Below are positions 57,042 to 64,000 of a DNA stretch of 64,000 bases, one piece after another; the first letter of the stretch is position 1, and the number at the start of each line of letters is the position of its first letter. Below the pieces are notes generated by a model. That model was given only the letters and a program-made list of their open reading frames with translations, had not been told where the DNA came from and searched no databases. Both the position numbers and the translations under genes were made by a program. Origin of the DNA: Escherichia phage isim. The DNA lies in the sequence record MN850597.1. One strand, written 5' to 3'.

Positions 57042-58082
57042 CTATGCATAATTAACAGTGATCCATTGACCATTTACAAGTTTTTGTAAAGGTCCTGCCC
57101 AGTAGGTTGAACCACGCATCTCTTTTTTGTCACCGAAATGCCAGCCTGTGACAACGTATCCGTTGCGGATTGGAGATTCAGAAACGCCGTCCACAAGTCT
57201 TGCACCGATTCTGATGTCTTGCACACCTGTCTGCGGGATAGTGATCGTTACATCACCGTTACCGTTAGCCGTCACTCCATTCACGGAGCGCACCACATTT
57301 CTGTTACCGACAACACAGTGCTGGCTTCTTACAACCATACTGTCACAACTTGCACCACCATTAACATATACTGACCCAGCCGTCAACTGACTGGCCACAT
57401 TACAGTTGGTGAATGTTGCTGTATTGCTGATAGTAAGGTTATTGCACCTCATGTTATCGACAACTTCAACATTGCCTACCACTTTCAACAGCGCACGATT
57501 AGCCGTGATCGCGTTAAGGTACATCAAAGTGAACTCTGGATTAATATCCGGCTGAGTTGGCTGGAATCTCCAACGAAACGCATCTACTGTAGATGTACCA
57601 CCATCATCAAACGACCCGGTATTATCACTTAACCCAAAGTCGAGGGTTGTCTTATCTGGGCCAATAGTTGTCTCTATCCAAGCCTTATCTGTCTCGGCAG
57701 CTTTAAAGTTGATACGTTGCAACCCCAAGGGGCCTGTCATTGTATCACCTGTAACTTTTACATACCTGGCGTCTGCCTCTTCCTTAGTGATAATCCCAAG
57801 GTTTCTACGGGCAACAGGAATGTTCAAAAGATCGCTCAAGTTATTATCACGTACCAGATAACGGCCTTCTTGAGCTGGGATCTGCTCGTCAGCAATGTAT
57901 TTTGCCCAAGTCCCGAGCATATTGAAAATATAGTTAAGTTCTTCACATGAGGGCTTTTGACCAAGATCCCAACCTTTTCTCCACAAATCATCAATCGGGC
58001 GTAGCCTGTTCTGTCTGTGGGTGTTAGGCAGAACCTGATCCTCCTCTGCCCAAATCTCTAATGGAAAACTAGGTTTTGACAT
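57042..58082 (-). CDS. receptor-binding tail fibre protein, paralog A (346 aa)
   Basis: Paralog of 54984..56030 (GPDKTTLDF, DAFRWRFQP, LNAITANRA, KLVNGQWITVNYA); followed by the Tfa gene. Confidence 0.6.
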   Translation of the reverse strand: MSKPSFPLEIWAEEDQVLPNTHRQNRLRPIDDLWRKGWDLGQKPSCEELNYIFNMLGTWAKYIADEQIPAQEGRYLVRDNNLSDLLNIPVARRNLGIITKEEADARYVKVTGDTMTGPLGLQRINFKAAETDKAWIETTIGPDKTTLDFGLSDNTGSFDDGGTSTVDAFRWRFQPTQPDINPEFTLMYLNAITANRALLKVVGNVEVVDNMRCNNLTISNTATFTNCNVASQLTAGSVYVNGGASCDSMVVRSQHCVVGNRNVVRSVNGVTANGNGDVTITIPQTGVQDIRIGARLVDGVSESPIRNGYVVTGWHFGDKKEMRGSTYWAGPLQKLVNGQWITVNYA

Positions 58083-58094
58083 TTTATCTCCTGA

Positions 58095-60167
58095 TTATGA
58101 GAAGTCTGGCGGGACAACATCTTCTACATACCCTTTCAGAGCAACCTGCCCCATATGAAGCACGGTAGAATCTCTAGCGGTAACAGTGATGCTGTCAGAC
58201 ATTACTTGCGGGTATGCCCACACATACTGTTTTACCTCAGGATATCTATACTCTATAGTTGCCATGTTTCCGCAGATACATCTCCATAAAAATTCTTGGT
58301 AATTCCTGGTTGGGTCGTAACCATATACCGGAGCAAGCTCTTTACTAGGAACGAACCCTGCAAGGTATTGTATTTCAGACGGTTGCCAACCTAACTTAAC
58401 GATAGGTATGTTTACAGACTCTTTTGCCTTTTCAATACCTCCCTGCATCACCCAATCGTAGCACTCGGTGCAGAAGAAATCAAGAGCACCTGCTTCCTTT
58501 TTATATTGGTCAGCAAGGTTAAGCTTTTGCGTAAGCTCGGTTTCCATAATGGTTGGGAAAAACAGCAGAGCTGTCATCTGAGCTGATGCAGCGTGTGCCT
58601 TTATTGCCTTTGAAATAGCCGCAATACGAGCGCCAAGCTTACCACGACAAAATGCTACATACTTATCGTAAACACCGCCAGTTTTAGGATCGTCAATAGT
58701 CCCAATATCTAATGCATACTCGCCTGTCTCATCATAAAACGCCTGTTTTGTAGGGTAATCATAAATACAAGGTCTACGAGTATCGGTATTGTACCACCAC
58801 CACGGTTCACCAACCTGCATAATCACTGGCAGGTTGTTTCTCATAGCGGCTGATGCAAAATTCTTAAATACTGCAGTAAGGAAATTCATACCCTCTTCAA
58901 TGGTTGGAGACAGGAGGTAGCTACAAGGTGTATACCCTGTTTTAGCGTAGTTATCGTTCCAGTCTCTTTGGGTCCATTCCAACGGGCAGGCATCGCTGAA
59001 AAGCTCAAAACTTACAGATTGCATAACGTCGAAGTTATGTCGTTTGGCATTGTACATAAAATCATCATGCCATTTATAAGCTGCAGCGTTTAGCGCTCCT
59101 GTTCTGTTTATAGACCATTGGGTTCCTGACCATGTGTAGTCATAATAATGACTCATACCAACATAATGGTTTATGGTTCCGGTATAGCCCAGACGCTTGA
59201 TATTGTTCAACACCCTTAAAGGAGACACGTTCCACATATCGTCATATGCGGTGCAGATCCCAACATCGTGCTCTCTCACCTGGATATTGTTAAGTTGCAT
59301 CATTTTCCAGCCTGTGTCTGGCTGAAGCAGATCTAGGCGCAACTCACACTCTACATTTTCCGTTCTCGGGTCTGTGCTATTACTTACCCAGTCTTTAGGC
59401 ATAAGCGGTATTAAAATCCTTCTCACCTGCCGAGGATCAACACCCATCATGTTGTTGTTCTGGTCCATCCCGACGCAGTCCTCAAAATCAATATGAATTT
59501 CTGCAACATTCTTATCCTCTGAGATGCTGACAGCATATTGAGCTAAAGGAACATAGATGATTGTGCCATCAACAAGGTCTACAGTCATAATCATCTTTTC
59601 AGGAGTGGAGAAGTTGCTGGCGTTGGTTATTGACATTCTGAACCAAAGCTTGGTGTTTCTCATCTCATAGTGATCATCAAACCCAATACCGAAATGGTCA
59701 TACTTGTCAACTGTTTCCCAAATGCACCCAGCCATACCTCCATATGTTCTTGACACTAAACGGTTAATACAACAGTTGTTATCTGCAACAATACAGGTAC
59801 TTTCAGTCTGCTGAGTGGTTGTAACCCAATATCTTGGGTGAAACATTCTCTCCTCAACAGTATCCCAAGATATCCTGTCAAGATTCTCATCTGAAACTAT
59901 TGTACATTTCGCCCTTTGTGTTCCAATCATCACCCCTTGAGATTTTGATGAAAACTCCATAAAGAAGCTTCTTGGCAACCTGTTGGGTAATTTGTCAACA
60001 ATTTCCACGGGGATCTCAATACTGGTTGCCCCAACTGGGATAGTTACATCGCCCTCAACATGATCATAATCCCTACCAGGAACGGCAGTATCCTGAACTG
60101 TTCGGTAATGAAACCGTGCAGCCATTGTAGAGTAATCACGGTAAGGTTTAAAAACAGCTGTTGCCAT
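58095..60167 (-). CDS. virion structural protein, tail/baseplate-associated (690 aa)
   Basis: Large ORF inside the tail module; no motif recognised. Confidence 0.5.
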   Translation of the reverse strand: MATAVFKPYRDYSTMAARFHYRTVQDTAVPGRDYDHVEGDVTIPVGATSIEIPVEIVDKLPNRLPRSFFMEFSSKSQGVMIGTQRAKCTIVSDENLDRISWDTVEERMFHPRYWVTTTQQTESTCIVADNNCCINRLVSRTYGGMAGCIWETVDKYDHFGIGFDDHYEMRNTKLWFRMSITNASNFSTPEKMIMTVDLVDGTIIYVPLAQYAVSISEDKNVAEIHIDFEDCVGMDQNNNMMGVDPRQVRRILIPLMPKDWVSNSTDPRTENVECELRLDLLQPDTGWKMMQLNNIQVREHDVGICTAYDDMWNVSPLRVLNNIKRLGYTGTINHYVGMSHYYDYTWSGTQWSINRTGALNAAAYKWHDDFMYNAKRHNFDVMQSVSFELFSDACPLEWTQRDWNDNYAKTGYTPCSYLLSPTIEEGMNFLTAVFKNFASAAMRNNLPVIMQVGEPWWWYNTDTRRPCIYDYPTKQAFYDETGEYALDIGTIDDPKTGGVYDKYVAFCRGKLGARIAAISKAIKAHAASAQMTALLFFPTIMETELTQKLNLADQYKKEAGALDFFCTECYDWVMQGGIEKAKESVNIPIVKLGWQPSEIQYLAGFVPSKELAPVYGYDPTRNYQEFLWRCICGNMATIEYRYPEVKQYVWAYPQVMSDSITVTARDSTVLHMGQVALKGYVEDVVPPDFS

Positions 60168-60853
60168 TAACCCTCCTGTCTAGTTGCGTTTACTGTAATA
60201 CTTTCACAATAAATGGTTGTGGTGTCCCAATCAGGTCTTACGTCAGGAACATACAGCAAGGTAGCCAGCCCACCAACTCCAAACTGGTTTTCTTCCCATA
60301 CTGATCCGAAGCCAAGAGCTGTAGAGTCCCCTTCAAAACCAAAAGCTTGCCCTTGCGATTCTGTAAGACGCAAATGACAAGGCAATGGTAGCATATCTAA
60401 GATCTGATCGATAGACTGCAATATGTCAAAGCAAGTTTTTCTAATATTTATGTCAAACCTGAAGTTGTCTCCTTTCCACGTATCGAAATTGTCTCTTCCG
60501 AACAATTGTCGCAAGGTGGAGATGACATCTTCGCGAGTCCCGCCCCTTGATGCTGCGGCCTGCTGAATAATTAGTGTGGCACGAAAATCAGCATCTGAAA
60601 GTCCATTCCTAAGAATACCAAGTTGATTACCAACTTCGTCAAGGTATCTTCCGCTGGCATTGTTAAGCAATCTTCCTTCAGCCAAACCTACCAGCATCTT
60701 ATCAACATCCTCCAACCTTTTAAGGTATACGGTTAAGAATGTGACTAAATTAACCTTCTCAGCCAGAAAATCTCCAGGCAGGTAGTCAAGACCTCCCTGA
60801 ACAAAATCTGGCAGAGTGTGGATGTGGTTAACATCCGACTTAATCTCTGCCAT
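60167..60853 (-). CDS. baseplate/tail protein (228 aa)
   Basis: Position next to the baseplate J-like gene; overlapping junction. Confidence 0.45.
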   Translation of the reverse strand: MAEIKSDVNHIHTLPDFVQGGLDYLPGDFLAEKVNLVTFLTVYLKRLEDVDKMLVGLAEGRLLNNASGRYLDEVGNQLGILRNGLSDADFRATLIIQQAAASRGGTREDVISTLRQLFGRDNFDTWKGDNFRFDINIRKTCFDILQSIDQILDMLPLPCHLRLTESQGQAFGFEGDSTALGFGSVWEENQFGVGGLATLLYVPDVRPDWDTTTIYCESITVNATRQEG

Positions 60854-60864
60854 ATCTCGCCGCC

Positions 60865-62355
60865 TTAAATAGTTTGTTGGAAAGTTATATTACTTTCGTC
60901 GAGGTCAAACACCTCGGTCATGTTCGCAACAATATCGTTTGTAGTGTAAGCTTCATCAGAAGCTCCTACGGATTTAACTTGAATTACCAGCCTATTAAAT
61001 CTGCCTATTGACACAGCAGCAGATGCAGCACCTACCAATTGGATATTATACAACGTATCTGCAACATCCAGTCCGTTAACAACCTGCAAAAGAGCCTCTA
61101 TAATGGCATCTTTTTCGGTTGTAGAAAGCGCAGCACCGGAGTAGGTAATTCTTACATCTAGGCGGTAGGTGTTTGCCTTGGAGTAATAAATTCTTTCAGT
61201 TTGACCGTCAGATGTAGTGACATCGTAGAAAATATTACCATAAGTCCTGTTCGTACAGGCTATAGTTTGGTAAAGTGCTTGGCAAATGTCTTCCGTTGCA
61301 CCACCAAACACAACCACTTGGAACTTGTAAGGAGGTATACCTTTAGCATCAGTTTTATCGGTGTTGTTGGAGAACACTCTCACTTTCTCAACACCTTTCA
61401 CCTCGCTTACAGCGCTAAGGATTGCAGGACGGGTAGCCTTAGATGTTAACTGTTTTGTGCTGGAAGCTCTTAAGCGATACTCTGAGTCTTTCTCAACATC
61501 CCTGCCCTCATTGAATCTTTCTCGGTTGGTAAGCTTGATAAATCCACTAGGAGTAGGTGACATTGTTGTCACGGTTTCTGCTTCTCTTGACAGCTCACCA
61601 GCCTCGTTAGCGATAACATCCAGTGTGATAGTTCTTTCCCCTACAATCGGGGATACTCTGAAATCTACCCTACTGTTAAGTCCAACTTGATCAAGATTCG
61701 AATTGTACCCTATCCACAACGTTCCTGTCAACATATCGATCTGAATCAAATCGTCGTTCAACAGGGTTGTATTATCGACAATGAATTGCTTAATCTCTCC
61801 GTAAAAGCTTGGCAAATCAGAAGAGTCCAGAGATTTATCTGTTAAAACCAGGCTTTTTGTTTTGATACTTCCATCTGTCTGGTTGGTAATTTGGAAGTTG
61901 TATTTCCCAATCCTTAGGTCTGGAGCATTTATTCTGTGAGCAATAAGATTCCCTGCTACTTGCACATCGTTGCTAAGAACAAAGTTGCCACTGTCCAGCG
62001 TATAAGTTTTGGAATCATAAATCATATTGTACGGCACAGTTGTGTTGATTGTCAACTGGCAGGTACCTGATGATTTAGAACGGCCTCTTCGGTAAATACC
62101 CTGTCTTCCAAGAAGCTCATCTAGGTAGATACCTTCTGCCCCATACAGCGTCTGTGATGCGTATACAGATGCTGCCATAAGAATAAGTTGATACTCTCGC
62201 TCGTTGAAGATAGTGGTCAGCTTATCTGCAACGGAGTTACTCTGTACGTTGAAGTTTTCGCCAAAAGCACGGATCAGGCTTTGCTTAGTTTCAACGATTA
62301 GGTCATTTAGGGTTGGTATAACGAAACCAGCCTCTGTCAATCCATACTTAGCCAC
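60865..62355 (-). CDS. baseplate J-like protein (496 aa)
   Basis: N-terminal region follows the baseplate-J pattern (hydrophobic/acidic alternation, ...LYGAEGIYLDELLGRQGIYRRG...). Confidence 0.55.
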   Translation of the reverse strand: MAKYGLTEAGFVIPTLNDLIVETKQSLIRAFGENFNVQSNSVADKLTTIFNEREYQLILMAASVYASQTLYGAEGIYLDELLGRQGIYRRGRSKSSGTCQLTINTTVPYNMIYDSKTYTLDSGNFVLSNDVQVAGNLIAHRINAPDLRIGKYNFQITNQTDGSIKTKSLVLTDKSLDSSDLPSFYGEIKQFIVDNTTLLNDDLIQIDMLTGTLWIGYNSNLDQVGLNSRVDFRVSPIVGERTITLDVIANEAGELSREAETVTTMSPTPSGFIKLTNRERFNEGRDVEKDSEYRLRASSTKQLTSKATRPAILSAVSEVKGVEKVRVFSNNTDKTDAKGIPPYKFQVVVFGGATEDICQALYQTIACTNRTYGNIFYDVTTSDGQTERIYYSKANTYRLDVRITYSGAALSTTEKDAIIEALLQVVNGLDVADTLYNIQLVGAASAAVSIGRFNRLVIQVKSVGASDEAYTTNDIVANMTEVFDLDESNITFQQTI

Positions 62356-62435
62356 GTCACTCCTCCGGTATGAAAATCTCTACAAGGTATTTTACCAAAT
62401 TTTGTAACAATAGTCAATCTGAGCATAAAAATAAA

Positions 62436-62460
62436 CCCCGCCGAAGCGGGGCTTTAAAGG
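62436..62460 (-). terminator. UUCG-tetraloop hairpin (GCCCCGC-UUCG-GCGGGG) followed by UUUAUUUUUAU
   Basis: Read directly; follows the 62461 stop on the minus strand. Confidence 0.6.
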
Positions 62461-64000
62461 TTAGTCGTGAGACTCGTTCCAAGGTCCCTGGAAGCTTGAG
62501 TTAGAACGACTAACGATCACAGTGGGACAGGAGATTGTGACACCTGTCACGCTAGACGTTGACCACGGTGTGTAAATCTCGACAATAATGTCTATAGTTT
62601 GTTCACCTAGACCAGTTATCCCTACCGCACACATGCCGTTGTTGTCGTTTCCGTACTTCTTACCTGCAAGGATTTGATGTCCGGCTATCCAAACGTTAAG
62701 CTGGGAGCCAGACAATGTCCCGTTTAGTTTAAAGAAGAATGTTACGTTCTTACCTTGTCCTGAAACGTTGTCCACATATCTCCACCTCCAACGGCAAACC
62801 CTCTGCTGCGAGTTGTATACTGGAGGACAGTCACCGTAGGTTCTGTGTGCAACTATTGCACCTTCGAACTGGTTAGCACGGATAACAGAAGCTTCTACAC
62901 GCCCACGGAAGGTACCTCCAGTTGCATCTATGGTACCCCTAAAGTTACCATTATTGGCATAAACATCTCCACGGAAGGTACCACTGGTGGCGTTAACTGC
63001 CCCTGTGAAGTTACCAGAACTGGCGTTGATGTTGCCTTTCACCCACACATCCATAAATTGGGCGTGCCCGTTCTTGTTAATGTACCAACCGTATTTATGG
63101 TACCCGTTGCCATCGTAGTTGTTTGACGAAATTTCTTGTGCGATCTTGGCAGAGGAGATCGTGCCATTCTCTATAAAAGCGTCTTTCAAGAACGCTTGGT
63201 TGTTCTTGATTGCGAAAGCAAGGGTTGCTGTTCCATTTCCAGGGTTGTATACCGCAAAATTGTTTGCACTAACCATGAAGTAGGATTGAACTTGTCCTCC
63301 AGACCCCTCCATGCCTAGCTGGATACCTGCAACATACTTATTCCCTGCAGAGTCTACCTGAATCTTAGCTCCCCACTGAGCATTTATTTTACCCTCAAGT
63401 GTTGTTACAGCTTTAGAGGTATTAGATACTGTAGCCCTGAGCTCATCAATATTACCCATTTCGTCAACAATTTCTTGTTTTGCAGAGGTAAGTTCTTGAC
63501 GGATCGCTGTGGCTGTATTATTAACAAGATCAACTGTTGTACTATTAGTTTCTTGAATAGATGCTTGCAGATTGGCAACCTCTTTCTGCACATCATCTTC
63601 CAGCTTGGTGATCTTCCCTGTAGCTGCCACCAGATCCTGCTTAATAGCTTCCGTTGTCTTATTTAGCAGATCTGTTGTTGCCTTGTTGGTTTCTTGAATA
63701 GAGGAGTTAAGTTTACTCTCAGTGTTCTTCAACTCTTCCCGCAGAGTACCTTGAGTTGCAGTTATTTGCTCACTCAATGCTTGAGTTTTACGATTAACAA
63801 GATCAACGGTTGATCTATTTGTTGTCTCGATTAGTGACCCAAGCCTACCAGACTCTGCTGCAAGTTTATCGTCAAATGATTGCTGAGCTGCTACCAGCTT
63901 ACTGTTAAGGGCAGAAATTTCTCCATTAACCCCTGTAAATTTTTCTGTCGTCTCTCTGACAACACCCTCTATTGTATCCCCAAGCTCTTCAAAAATGCTA
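62461..64000 (-). CDS. tail fibre protein with coiled-coil shaft and Gly/Asn/Thr-rich distal repeats; partial, N-terminus beyond the window
   Basis: Repeats GNFTGAVNATSGTFRGDVYANNGNFRGTIDATGGTFRG; the frame stays open and repetitive upstream of the listed ATG (63777) to the window edge. Confidence 0.6.
   Translation of the reverse strand, partial: SIFEELGDTIEGVVRETTEKFTGVNGEISALNSKLVAAQQSFDDKLAAESGRLGSLIETTNRSTVDLVNRKTQALSEQITATQGTLREELKNTESKLNSSIQETNKATTDLLNKTTEAIKQDLVAATGKITKLEDDVQKEVANLQASIQETNSTTVDLVNNTATAIRQELTSAKQEIVDEMGNIDELRATVSNTSKAVTTLEGKINAQWGAKIQVDSAGNKYVAGIQLGMEGSGGQVQSYFMVSANNFAVYNPGNGTATLAFAIKNNQAFLKDAFIENGTISSAKIAQEISSNNYDGNGYHKYGWYINKNGHAQFMDVWVKGNINASSGNFTGAVNATSGTFRGDVYANNGNFRGTIDATGGTFRGRVEASVIRANQFEGAIVAHRTYGDCPPVYNSQQRVCRWRWRYVDNVSGQGKNVTFFFKLNGTLSGSQLNVWIAGHQILAGKKYGNDNNGMCAVGITGLGEQTIDIIVEIYTPWSTSSVTGVTISCPTVIVSRSNSSFQGPWNESHD

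Noticed and set aside
1-64000. tRNA genes and CRISPR arrays
   Set aside because: No T-arm-like GTTCRANYC motif with a matching acceptor stem was seen in the non-coding regions, and no regularly spaced identical repeats with unique spacers; the repeats present are iteron or palindrome type.

Overview
This window reads as part of a virulent tailed-phage genome with no recognisable host genes, no tRNAs and no CRISPR array. All calls are by eye from the sequence and ORF track; no searches or folding were run. Layout: (1) 1-1750, a non-coding region full of iterons and palindromes; (2) 1.9-12.5 kb, about 30 small minus-strand early genes, many with their own host-type (sigma70-like) promoter, GC-rich 5' hairpin and strong RBS; (3) 12.5-13.5 kb, a second non-coding region with tandem structured units carrying Fur-box-like palindromes, GGCCCCGCCAGG repeats and AT-rich iterons; (4) 13.5-40.1 kb, a minus-strand middle/replication block (macro-domain protein, SSB-like protein, T7-like family A DNA polymerase apparently split by an HNH-carrying intron, TOPRIM primase/DnaB-like helicase, C5 and N6 DNA methyltransferases, Dda/PIF1-like helicase, GHKL ATPase pair, SleB-like cell-wall hydrolase, MoxR-like AAA+ ATPase); (5) 40.2-47.2 kb, a plus-strand block (VWA/HExxH protein, four tandem paralogous 87-aa genes, HAD phosphatase); (6) 47.3-64.0 kb, a minus-strand tail module (1878-aa fibre/adhesin, duplicated receptor-binding fibre genes with a Tfa chaperone, baseplate J-like protein, partial coiled-coil fibre). 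The most notable observations are the split polymerase gene, a palindromic promoter/operator module repeated three times, the Fur-box-like tandem units, the macro-domain protein, and several tandem paralog arrays. Gene starts are approximate where noted.
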